Shown here: positions 1 to 9,536 of the stretch, one piece after another
How the letters are laid out: each line of letters begins with the position of its first letter
Numbering within the stretch: position 1 is the stretch's first letter
NCBI GenBank assembly: GCA_965223295.1
Contig: CBDCWC010000002.1
Span: 1,376,001-1,440,000, forward strand
Direction of reading: 5' to 3'
Length of the DNA: 64,000 nucleotides
Source: Nitrospirales bacterium
Lineage (GTDB): Bacteria > Nitrospirota > Nitrospiria > Nitrospirales > UBA8639
The notes under the pieces: model-generated
The model's database searches: none
Told to the model about the DNA's origin: nothing
Seen by the model: only the letters and a program-made list of their open reading frames with translations
Position numbers and translations under genes: made by a program

Positions 1-2
1 TA

Positions 3-278
3 TTAGCTTCAAAGGACAGCACAGAAAATGGGCGAACCATTCATTACCCTGTAAATATTGGTAATCCTCGAGAACTGACAGTCCTTGAAATTGCGAAGAT
101 GGTGTTAAGTCAAACTGGTTCAACCAGCACGATTGAACATCACCCCTTACCGACAGACGACCCTAAAGTACGTCGACCTGATATTCAGCGAGCAAAGAGC
201 CTCTTGAACTGGGAGCCACAAATTTCACTCGAAGAGGGATTATCAAAGACCATTCAATACTTTAAAAGTATCTTGTAA
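3..278 (+). CDS. UDP-glucuronate decarboxylase-like NAD-dependent epimerase, C-terminal fragment (5' end outside window)
   Basis: Manual translation from base 3: ...PVNIGNPRELTVLEIAKMV...PLPTDDPKVRRPDIQRAKSLLNWEPQISLEEGL..., the typical UXS C-terminus; TAA at 276-278. Confidence 0.8.
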   Translation, partial: LASKDSTENGRTIHYPVNIGNPRELTVLEIAKMVLSQTGSTSTIEHHPLPTDDPKVRRPDIQRAKSLLNWEPQISLEEGLSKTIQYFKSIL

Positions 279-334
279 CTCTCGCATTGAGGGGGGCACT
301 GCAACATTGACAAAGGTCCATGATAATCTCTAAA

Positions 335-475
335 GGGCACCTCTAAAAACTGAAGATTTTTTCTGCAGGCAAGGAAGCGGCGCGCGGAAAACCGGAGTGT
401 ATGGGCCGATACATGAGGATTTGAGTACGCGGCTGACGCCGCCATCGGGGAAAAGGACAGTTTCTAGAGGTGCCC
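335..475. mobile_element. 141-bp MITE (family 2)
   Basis: Terminal inverted repeats GGGCACCTCTAAAAACTG / CAGTTTCTAGAGGTGCCC; TAAA on both flanks (331-334, 476-479); lies between convergent genes; no coding capacity. Confidence 0.8.
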
Positions 476-527
476 TAAAGTCACTCTCCGTTTACTGGGC
501 ATTCCTATATGAATTGGGGACGGACTT

Positions 528-3002
528 CTAGGCGGGGGCATTCCTAGATGGCAGCTGATCTAAGTATTGATCTTCGCTCATTTCAATTTTACGCTTCAAC
601 CATGAAAGCGCAATGTAGGCAGGGAGATAGAGACTTAATCCGATAAAAAGTGTAATAGTAAAACCCCAAAAAACCGAAAGGACGACACTGGCCAAACCAC
701 CAATTAATGTAAAGAGACCATTCATTCCCCAGGCCCACGCAATAAAGCCACGAGGTAACTTTTCGATGGTCAATATGCCAAGAGGAAAGGGCATCCCAAG
801 GAAAAATCCAAGAGGAAAAATTAGCACTACACTAATGAACACACGAGCTACTATCGAATAGGAAAGAAAAATTTCAAAAAGAATTGGGGAACACAGGACC
901 AATACGGTTCCGGCAACTCCAATTCCAATAAAAGGCCACCTCCATCTTCCCGCTGTCGCCATACCAAACTTATCTGTACAGTAACTCCCAACCCCCGCCC
1001 CCACAAGCAGCGTGAAGATCACCGTCGAATACGTATACAGAGGGAACCCTATCAGCTTCATAAACACCTGGATAGCCACAAGTTCTAAGATGATAAACCC
1101 TGCACCGAGACAGGAAAAATACGTCAGAAAGCTAACTTTTTGTGCAAGGCCAACAGTTCCTAATTTAGAAAAATACAAGGGGACAGCAATAAATAATACG
1201 ATAAAAAAGGTGGATGCTGCCCCAGTGACTAAAAGATGGACAATATCCATTGGAACATGCTTCTTCATGGCTCCATTGAGGTAGTCTGCAACGGACACAT
1301 TGACAAAAAGTTGGGGGTTAGGCTGCAGTGGCTTCAGGGTTTTTCGAATAAGATTAAAATAGGGGTGGTCATCAGTTGTCGGTCGGATTTGATAAGGCAT
1401 TCCTTGTTGTAACTTCAGAGGAAAGTCCCCCGAATAAAAATCAGAGCTGAGAAAACTCTTTGAAAAATCAAGTGGATTCTCTACTATTCGATCATCAGAT
1501 CGCACGGCATTTCTCAGATCCTGAACTTGTTTCACTTCTTCACGTGTCCAAGGCTGCATCTTAAACAACACCGTCGGCAGATGGTCAGGCTTCATATCCT
1601 CAAAAACTAATACATGCCGCCGAAAGTCCTCTCTCCCTATCTGTTGCCAAGCTAACGCTGCAGTGGCTACCATTCTCGGGTAGATATGGTGGTTGATATG
1701 CAACACACCATTTTCCGTCAAATGCCCAAAATATTCTTGATATGCATCCGCCGTTTGCAAGTAGGTTGGATTCATAGCTCCAGACCCTGCGGCAAGACTT
1801 GCAGTCGTATGATTACTAAAAATTTCAATAATATCGTACTTCTTAGCACTCGATCTCAAAAAGCTTCTGCCCTCTCCGACATGCGCCGTCACTCGTGGAT
1901 CATTGAAAATATTTCCAATAAAATCTGCATAGTTATTCTTTCCCAACTCAACCACTGTGCCCACCATTTCAACGGTATCCACAGCACTCGGATTGAACAG
2001 TAAAGCAGACTTGGTTTCCTGACCAGCCGCACTTCCAATGATTAACACACGCTGCTGAGAGTCTCGTTTCAAATAATGAGAAGCCATGATCCCCCATTTC
2101 CACATGTGTGTAGTAACTTTTTCCTCTCCACTTAGAAGACGAGCTCTCAACTTTTTGAAATTGCCATCAAAGGCGTAGAAATGACTACTCTGGGACCCGC
2201 CATCATAGGCAACATGTTTCATATGGGGAGCAACTCTATGTTGTCCTGTTTGAACTTTATATAGGGCGGGAACTACATCAATCTTAGATACTGGGTCCCA
2301 TCGAGAAAATTCATGATGCCCCAGTAATTTGGCTGTTTTCACACCTCTCTTATCCACATGTTCTTTAAACTCCAATAAGTCAGGTGAGATAAAGAGTGGA
2401 AGACCTATGAATAACACGCCTAAGAACCAAGTGATCATTCGAAGCCCTATTTTCTGGCTAAATAACCCTGCCGCAAAGAACATCAATGCGGCTGCTAGGA
2501 GCACTAATCCTCCCGCTCCAATATATGGAAAGAAAGGAATCATGGCTAAGCTACCCACCCCAGCCCCAGTAAGGTCCCAAAAATACAAACGCTGAATAGA
2601 GCTTGCATACACTGAAAACACAGTTGAAAAAATTAACCCCGTTAGAAAGAATGGGATAATGAGTACGGCATACATCCCGAGAAACGAACCACTTTGAATA
2701 AATGGAGAAGCAGCGATTTCTTCATAGTTGAAAGGCAATAAATTCATACCCGGTACAATGAAGAGAATAGCGATACCACAACCCACGGCGACAATAAATA
2801 AAAATCTCGAAACGTTTTCACGGTCTGAAAAGGGCTTAACTGCCCCATAAACACCTGCAAGACCAAAGGCAAACATCGCACAGGTAATGACCATATACCC
2901 TAAATTCGAAGAAAGGATGACATCAAATACCCTGATCAACACGACTTCTAACATCAATGTCGCGGCTGCAATCAGAAATAGTCCTATCGAAATCGGCAAC
3001 AT
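528..3002 (-). CDS. Polytopic membrane protein with central spermidine-synthase-like class I SAM-binding domain
   Basis: 824 aa; N- and C-terminal TM bundles; central VLIIGSAAGQE, VDTVEM, EGRSFL, YDII motifs; C-terminal GMPFPLG and WAWGMNG motifs. Confidence 0.75.
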   Translation of the reverse strand: MLPISIGLFLIAAATLMLEVVLIRVFDVILSSNLGYMVITCAMFAFGLAGVYGAVKPFSDRENVSRFLFIVAVGCGIAILFIVPGMNLLPFNYEEIAASPFIQSGSFLGMYAVLIIPFFLTGLIFSTVFSVYASSIQRLYFWDLTGAGVGSLAMIPFFPYIGAGGLVLLAAALMFFAAGLFSQKIGLRMITWFLGVLFIGLPLFISPDLLEFKEHVDKRGVKTAKLLGHHEFSRWDPVSKIDVVPALYKVQTGQHRVAPHMKHVAYDGGSQSSHFYAFDGNFKKLRARLLSGEEKVTTHMWKWGIMASHYLKRDSQQRVLIIGSAAGQETKSALLFNPSAVDTVEMVGTVVELGKNNYADFIGNIFNDPRVTAHVGEGRSFLRSSAKKYDIIEIFSNHTTASLAAGSGAMNPTYLQTADAYQEYFGHLTENGVLHINHHIYPRMVATAALAWQQIGREDFRRHVLVFEDMKPDHLPTVLFKMQPWTREEVKQVQDLRNAVRSDDRIVENPLDFSKSFLSSDFYSGDFPLKLQQGMPYQIRPTTDDHPYFNLIRKTLKPLQPNPQLFVNVSVADYLNGAMKKHVPMDIVHLLVTGAASTFFIVLFIAVPLYFSKLGTVGLAQKVSFLTYFSCLGAGFIILELVAIQVFMKLIGFPLYTYSTVIFTLLVGAGVGSYCTDKFGMATAGRWRWPFIGIGVAGTVLVLCSPILFEIFLSYSIVARVFISVVLIFPLGFFLGMPFPLGILTIEKLPRGFIAWAWGMNGLFTLIGGLASVVLSVFWGFTITLFIGLSLYLPAYIALSWLKRKIEMSEDQYLDQLPSRNAPA

Positions 3003-3662
3003 CCTGGATTGTCCTTGAAAGATTGCGAGTACGAAATGCTATCTTGAGCAGACTGCTAAGTAAAAAAATTGGTCAAGTCTTTGCAACGGAAACATCACAG
3101 TTTGTCAGAACTCGTTAGCAACAACACACACTTCATCATGATCATTTCGAATACATCTCTTGCGGCTAAGGGGCGATGCCTTGAGAAACGTTCCCACCAA
3201 AATCCTTTGCATAAGTTACTTATATTGACCAGCATTATGTAAATTTGCTGGCGCTCAACCTCTTATTCCCCATCAACATTCACCTAGGAAAGAACCACCC
3301 AAGAAAACTAACCTGGCGACGGGAAAACACACTTCACTGCATTGTCTTATCGACCTTCCAAAACCATTTCTTAAAACCCTAGTCGGACTCTCACCCAAAA
3401 GGAAGTACCTCAGACCGGCCAAGACGTGGAAAGGAGCTCTTGCAAAATGTCGTCGTTGCACGATTGCTGCCTCTCCACCACGTTGCATACCGGGTTACAT
3501 ATCATGAGCCGCATCTCGTCACGTTCATCAGCCCGTGGCTTGCTTCACTCCAACACTGAATTTTCCCAAACGGCGACCTAGCTCTATTTTTTCTGATCGT
3601 CGGCCTCTAGAACCTATGCATGACAATTAAGAGGTCAGGTGATTGCACTTGGAACATAAACA

Positions 3663-5216
3663 TCATTGTACTATCCCTCTGTCCACCATTTGTTCTCTGA
3701 CATTTCCATTTCGCACCACTTCTGCAACTCTCCACTGCTTTTCCTGACTTTTCATGATATAGCCATTATCTGGAGCCTTAGTCGCCAAAATATCATCTAT
3801 TTCGCTTAAGTACACAAAAATATATCGAAACAAGTTGACATTCGTTTGTATGTCTTGCTCATAGCGAGCAACACCATCTGGCCACCGAATAGCCAGATGA
3901 ACTCCCAACTGATCTAATGCAACGAGATTATCCGGAATCCCCTCTAACACTTTATTGTCACCCCACACATATGCTCCCAAACCCCAGGCCCCATGATCGG
4001 CATTAAGGATGATCAACGCATTGGGGTCCTGAGTTAAGATTCGTTGTACGATTTGAGAAAGCGTCTCATTTGTCGCCTCTAATTTCTCATCAAAGTGTTC
4101 CCTGAAATTTTCTAATTTTTCTATTGTTTGTTGATCTTGAAAGCTATGATTAGGGGATGCAATATGTACATACAGAAAATGTGGAGATTCCCTAGACGAA
4201 ATGGTTTCTATATGTCGCAAAATATTTTCTTCGAACTTGGCCAAAGATCGATCTAAACCAAACTGGAACAACGATTTGACTTTTTCAGGAATAAGGATGT
4301 CTAGAAACTCTCCCCAAAAAACACTGGGCTCACACAGATCAACGAAACACCCTCTCATAAATACATATTCTCTTTGATGTACATAATGCACTTGATAGCC
4401 ATTTTTTTTAAAAATCTTCACGACGGGATTGTGTTTTCCCGTAATCAGTTCTCTTGAATTTAATAACTCAAAATTCCCTACGCTCCCGAGGTATAAATGA
4501 TGCTTCATGCTAAACAGAGCCGACATCGAAGACAACGTATTCATGTAGTTACTAAATGCTGAATGGTAGAGAGTAAAACCGAAGGCTTCCAATTTCTTAT
4601 AAAATTCAGTGTTATCTATATCATAGATAGTCTCTAGGGCTTCTTGATTGGGATACGCATCCGGCACAATCAGGTACACATTAGGCTTCTGAGAAAACGA
4701 GACGTGATCATAAATATTCTGTTGCGATAGATCCTCACGTCCACCGACTAATGTGTTCGTCTCTGTCGTGACAATAGAGAAAAAGGCATGCCCGATGCTG
4801 ACCACACAGAGTGTCATTAAAATACTATTGACCCGATATATGGTGATACTTGGAATAAACCATGCCAGAAGACCCGCAATCATAACGGCAAGAACCAGGA
4901 AAACAAACAAGTGGTAATCAAGCATATCCAAAAAAGTTTGCCTTAAGAGGTATGCCAGCACCAGAATCGCAAGAAAGGCAAAAAGCCTGTCTATGATTCT
5001 CTCTGAGTTTCTAGGGACCAGCATTCTGGCTATCCAAGATAGCCCCATATAATAAATGCTCAAACCGACACCTGTGATGAGAGCAAATACCCCAACAAGC
5101 ACCAAGCTCTGGTAGGGCTTAAACATAAACCAGTTATTGCTGAGATAAAATAGGATCGGATAGAGCCCAACTAAAACACCAAGCGTGTAAGGATTCGCTA
5201 ACAGGTTCTTCCACAT
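3663..5216 (-). CDS. Membrane-anchored sulfatase/alkaline-phosphatase-superfamily protein (LTA-synthase-like architecture)
   Basis: Five N-terminal TM helices, then KPNVYLIVPDAY, HIASPNH and ILNADHG motifs. Confidence 0.7.
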   Translation of the reverse strand: MWKNLLANPYTLGVLVGLYPILFYLSNNWFMFKPYQSLVLVGVFALITGVGLSIYYMGLSWIARMLVPRNSERIIDRLFAFLAILVLAYLLRQTFLDMLDYHLFVFLVLAVMIAGLLAWFIPSITIYRVNSILMTLCVVSIGHAFFSIVTTETNTLVGGREDLSQQNIYDHVSFSQKPNVYLIVPDAYPNQEALETIYDIDNTEFYKKLEAFGFTLYHSAFSNYMNTLSSMSALFSMKHHLYLGSVGNFELLNSRELITGKHNPVVKIFKKNGYQVHYVHQREYVFMRGCFVDLCEPSVFWGEFLDILIPEKVKSLFQFGLDRSLAKFEENILRHIETISSRESPHFLYVHIASPNHSFQDQQTIEKLENFREHFDEKLEATNETLSQIVQRILTQDPNALIILNADHGAWGLGAYVWGDNKVLEGIPDNLVALDQLGVHLAIRWPDGVARYEQDIQTNVNLFRYIFVYLSEIDDILATKAPDNGYIMKSQEKQWRVAEVVRNGNVREQMVDRGIVQ

Positions 5217-5453
5217 TTTTATAGTTCCTTGATCTGCAAGGCTAGAAGGATTACAAGAAACACAACATACGTCGTACCTTCAGACAAGGTAGGGGAGCCC
5301 GCTAGAAACTCAAGCAACATTCTCTTTTGAACGAGACTCAATAGAACGTTTTCATGTCACAACCAGCTCTGCTCACTCTCTCACTCACAACATTTTTGGG
5401 CATGGATTTGTAAAAAAGAACTCACGAGGGCTTAACACTACCTGTTATCTCCC

Positions 5454-6833
5454 TCAGGACTTTCGCTTCATCAAGTAAATTACACGATCAGCTCCTGTTA
5501 TATCTTGCTGCTCCTTAATCGAATACCATCTTCCAAATACAGCCTCAAAATCTTCCTGGTTATAGTAACTAAATAAATCCTGTGCATCTTGTTTGCGAGC
5601 CAACAACGCTGAAGCCCACGAATCTGATGGCTTTACGAATTCAATCACAAGATAAGGAGCAATTCTTGCAAAAAATCTTGCAATAAATTCAAAGGGATAG
5701 TTATTAGTTATGGAGAGATGGTGAATGAGAGCGAGTGCGAAGATACAATCCACTCCCATGCTCATTAGACGTCTCTCTAGACTGTGTTGTCCGCCATGCA
5801 ACCCTAAGTCAGGAGTAGGATTGGTCACATCAAAAAACAGAGGGAAGACATTTTTTTCTTTATTCTTGGCCCCAAAACGATAGTTTTGATCAACCGCTTG
5901 AAGATCAATATCAGTTGATAATACACAGCCACAAGTATCTGCAGCCAACCGTGAAAACTTCCCATCATTACTCCCCACGTCCCATACCACATCAGGGCGA
6001 ATGGCATTCAAGTACTCTCGAATAATCTGCTGTTTCCCTTTCAGTGATTCTGGAGAATAGTTTAGCGTCTTCTCATAATAGTCACCCCATTCTGTGGCAT
6101 GCGCATATTCTAATTTTTCCAAATTTCGTTGCAAGCTCTGCAACATTGCTTGCAACCGCGACAGAGCCATTCGTGCTTGTTGCCCTTTTGATCCTGACTT
6201 CTGATCATTCTGGACTACATACCGTGCATGCAAATGAAGGTGCAGTTTAACGAAGAGACTCCAATGAGTTTTTCTAGGCAACATCCGACTTGCCAAGTCT
6301 AACGGTATCCCATCCAAGAAATTGTTCAACAGATGGCTACATCGCAAGTCAACATACTTCATTAATAGTAAAGGTGCGACAAAATGACGACAAAACTGGC
6401 CATACGCTTTCCACGGCAGGTTGTCTGGATATGGTTCAAACGACAAGGTATCAATGAAAATAGGGCGATGCCCGATAAACTGAATATTCGTGCCTTGGGC
6501 GTCTTTCAAACTCATCCCATACTCCAACGCTAGACATTGAATCTTGAGCGTCAAGACCGCTGCAGCCTTTAATTGCGAAAAACTCCACTCATAGGGATAG
6601 GTTATCAGCGGCAACTGTTGAGGTTTGATGACAAGATATTCGGCGTTTCGATCAATTTCTTCATGTGAGACTAAATAGTGGTTTTCCACAAGCTTCTGAT
6701 ATAAACCTGAGCTTAAAAGTTTCTGGAAAGACTCAAAATACGTGAGATTTATGCGCCGATAGACTATCCCATCTTTACGGAACATATATCCGCTGGGATC
6801 CCTATATGAGGAATCTAGTTGATACTCTTGCAT
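5454..6833 (-). CDS. NoeA-like class I SAM-dependent methyltransferase
   Basis: SSYRDPSG, YPYEWSF, LKDA..NIQF..IFID, WKAYGQFC N-terminal domain; VWDVGSNDG SAM motif; LALIHHL. Confidence 0.7.
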   Translation of the reverse strand: MQEYQLDSSYRDPSGYMFRKDGIVYRRINLTYFESFQKLLSSGLYQKLVENHYLVSHEEIDRNAEYLVIKPQQLPLITYPYEWSFSQLKAAAVLTLKIQCLALEYGMSLKDAQGTNIQFIGHRPIFIDTLSFEPYPDNLPWKAYGQFCRHFVAPLLLMKYVDLRCSHLLNNFLDGIPLDLASRMLPRKTHWSLFVKLHLHLHARYVVQNDQKSGSKGQQARMALSRLQAMLQSLQRNLEKLEYAHATEWGDYYEKTLNYSPESLKGKQQIIREYLNAIRPDVVWDVGSNDGKFSRLAADTCGCVLSTDIDLQAVDQNYRFGAKNKEKNVFPLFFDVTNPTPDLGLHGGQHSLERRLMSMGVDCIFALALIHHLSITNNYPFEFIARFFARIAPYLVIEFVKPSDSWASALLARKQDAQDLFSYYNQEDFEAVFGRWYSIKEQQDITGADRVIYLMKRKS

Positions 6834-6882
6834 AGGCTCTCAATTCCCCTATCGCAATCGACATTTTTTAAGAGAACGTAAT

Positions 6883-7278
6883 TCAAGAAGAAGCTGAGCC
6901 TTTTGAAGAATGGGTCTCTTCAAGGACCTCGGCTCGTAAGGTGCGATGAGGCTTGTTTTGGGGCGCTAGATCGTGGGCTTCTTGTGTGGTGGAAGGAGTC
7001 TTTTCAAGAACTTGGCTTTTTACCGTACTACGAGGGGAAGTTTGGGATTGCACAGCATCGTCGTCTTCTTCATGTGATGGTTCCTCAGCTTTCGTAAAAC
7101 CTAAGAAGTTCAAAATACGAGACCAAAAGCTCCTAAAAAAAAGATAGGCACCAGCCGCCGCCCCGATTAACATTTGAATCACCATGCTACCCGTAGCGGG
7201 ATCAATGTAGGCATACACGTCAGTTGCCAATAAACAAAACACCCCTGTCAATTGCAAAATAGTTATGACTTTCATCAT
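6883..7278 (-). CDS. Small membrane protein with signal peptide and AYIDPATGS motif
   Basis: ATG at 7278 preceded by AAGGAGGTGG; signal peptide ending VYA, then YIDPATGSMVIQMLIG and a TM helix; ORF track starts upstream at 7323. Confidence 0.65.
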   Translation of the reverse strand: MMKVITILQLTGVFCLLATDVYAYIDPATGSMVIQMLIGAAAGAYLFFRSFWSRILNFLGFTKAEEPSHEEDDDAVQSQTSPRSTVKSQVLEKTPSTTQEAHDLAPQNKPHRTLRAEVLEETHSSKGSASS

Positions 7279-7346
7279 TCCACCTCCTTTATGGGTCCTC
7301 ACCCAATAGCGCGCGATATCCAAGAGTGGTGTTTATGTCTCCGAAA

Positions 7347-7579
7347 GAGAATGTCGAAAAAATCCGCTAGCGGCGTGCTCACCATTGCTCCGGACCTTCA
7401 AGCTCACAAGCTTGACCCTCTTCGGGCCATGAGCGCTCACGTGATGCCAAGACGCTCTGCGCGCAACAGGGGCCACGGCCAAACTGGACGTTTTTGACCA
7501 TTCCCATCGCAGTAACGTCACCATGACCATGACTCTGAAGGCCTTTTCGTCACTTGAAATTGAATGATTCAACAACCTC
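7347..7579 (-). mobile_element. Degenerate, longer copy of MITE family 1
   Basis: Reverse-orientation matches to the family core (AAAAAATCCGCTAGCGGCGTGCTC; CTGGACGTTTTTGA) and to the outer end (TGATTCAACAACCTC); flanks CGAAA/CTACA match only partly. Confidence 0.6.
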
Positions 7580-7976
7580 CTACATGCGCCTAGTATGGCA
7601 AGCTGAAGTGAACACCACAACATATGAACAAATTAAATCACGAATGAAGAGACCTCACGTGACGAAGGGTAACAGAAACAGATCCAGAATATCGAGGAAT
7701 GAATACTTCTCGGACAATCAGGTTCGTAACGAAGCCCACACGCTCTTTCTGCAAACCCTCAAGACTGACGCCATCTAGCTTTTATATGATGAGTTGTAGC
7801 TTAAAAATTACAAGGATTGTAGACTGGCAGTGACCCATTAACCATGAAGCCCGTGCCAGCTAAGAATGTGCTCTCAGTTCGAAGCAAGACCAACTACAAT
7901 CTCACCGATGAGTGGGGCCCTCAAATTAAGGAACAAGACTGTAACAACAGTCAGAGTAACTGCCAGAACATGAACA

Positions 7977-9191
7977 CTACCGTGTACCTTTCGACTTCAA
8001 ATAGACACATATGTTATCCGCAAGCACACTGGCAGCCAGGTCATGGCCTTTCTCATTCCAATGTCCTGCTCCCATTCGCGTATTAGGAAATCCATGAAGA
8101 TAGACTTGACGTTCATCAACATAGTCCTGAAAGGCATATACAAGAGGCACGACAGGCACTCCTAATTTTTTACCTAACTTCATGAATCTTTGTTCGGGAT
8201 AGTCAAGGGCATCAACACCAAGCTTAACCTTCAACTCACGCCGCTGAACTGGATCAACCTGGCTAGGATTTGTCACCAACATCCAAAAGGACTGAGCTTG
8301 ATGATGCTTTACCTCCTGATTCAGCAAATCTAAGATCCCCTCCGTGATAGCCCACGCTTCATGATGAAGTGGTAGACGGGGGGGAGCATACACCCATTCA
8401 GACAAACCTGTTTCTAAAAAAGCAACCTCGTCATTTCTTTGTATGCGCCAGCTGTTTATGACTCGCATGGTTTGATTGATCAATTCAAGAGTACGAGAAT
8501 ACTGTACACCAAGCAGCAACGTTCGTTTTGTAAATGACGCGAACGTCAAATTTCTAAATGAGTTATCTAATTTCCATTGTTTCTCTTCATCAAGATAAAA
8601 ATATGGCCTTCGAATATCTGGACACCCTCCGCTTACACAGTTATTAATTTTGGGGAAATTATCAACTAAATCATTTCCATGAAAAATAGCAGTAAGGACC
8701 ATATCAGGATTGTAAGGCCAAACATGATGTTTCAATGTCAAAAGTTCATCAGTAGTAGAATACCCCCCTTGTCCGAAACTCAGCGTTTCAATTTTTTGAT
8801 AGGTCTTCGTATCACAGCTGCGCAAATACTCTTCTAATCGCTGGCCAAACATGTGCTCCAAAGAAACCTGCCGCGCTTCCATATATGAATCACCCAAGAT
8901 AGCAATACGATATGTTCCTTCTGGCTTTTCTAAAGCATGCTCAACATCTCGGAATCCTGCCGAATTAATTCGTACATAGGCCTCACCCTCAGAGCGAAAC
9001 CACCCTTCTTTTCCAGGAACAAGGGCTTTCCCTCGAATCGGATCGTATCTATGAAAAACAGGATATGAAACTCCCAAGACTCTTAAGCTGACTTCAGCGA
9101 AGGCAAATGAAAAAAAGCCACTCAGACACAGGGCTCCGATCATAAGGCTTCCCTTACTTGATAACCCTTTCTTCTTCATCAAATCTTTCAT
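7977..9191 (-). CDS. SGNH/GDSL-fold hydrolase or O-acyltransferase (AlgJ/AlgX-like)
   Basis: N-terminal TM; RINSAGFRD, ILGDSYME, GND and GHWNEKGH motifs. Confidence 0.75.
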   Translation of the reverse strand: MKDLMKKKGLSSKGSLMIGALCLSGFFSFAFAEVSLRVLGVSYPVFHRYDPIRGKALVPGKEGWFRSEGEAYVRINSAGFRDVEHALEKPEGTYRIAILGDSYMEARQVSLEHMFGQRLEEYLRSCDTKTYQKIETLSFGQGGYSTTDELLTLKHHVWPYNPDMVLTAIFHGNDLVDNFPKINNCVSGGCPDIRRPYFYLDEEKQWKLDNSFRNLTFASFTKRTLLLGVQYSRTLELINQTMRVINSWRIQRNDEVAFLETGLSEWVYAPPRLPLHHEAWAITEGILDLLNQEVKHHQAQSFWMLVTNPSQVDPVQRRELKVKLGVDALDYPEQRFMKLGKKLGVPVVPLVYAFQDYVDERQVYLHGFPNTRMGAGHWNEKGHDLAASVLADNICVYLKSKGTR

Positions 9192-9536
9192 CCTTTTATT
9201 GAAAATACAGAACTATCAATAAATACCTTTCTCATCTGAGACCATTTGACATAGAAATCGTGGTTGCACTAAAACTGAACAAGAGAAAAGTCGGATTTTC
9301 TGGGAATTGTGTTCAACGCTTGAATACGCTTTTACCAATTTTCGTGCGTTATTTTCGAAGACGGCCTCTAAGGCCAAGAGAGGACTGAGGCAAGTACCCG
9401 AAGAAAATACGAAGGCAAGGTATTATGATTGTTGTAACCTACTTATTGCTCCTTCCTGTCGATATCGGAACCTCACTACTCAGAAACTTGTAGGACTTAG
9501 ATTTATCAAATGTTGCTATTATCTAAATAACCAAAC

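Noticed and set aside
3003-3662. 660-bp gap with a 71-aa ORF (3273-3488)
   Set aside because: No recognisable motif, RBS or RNA structure that I could support
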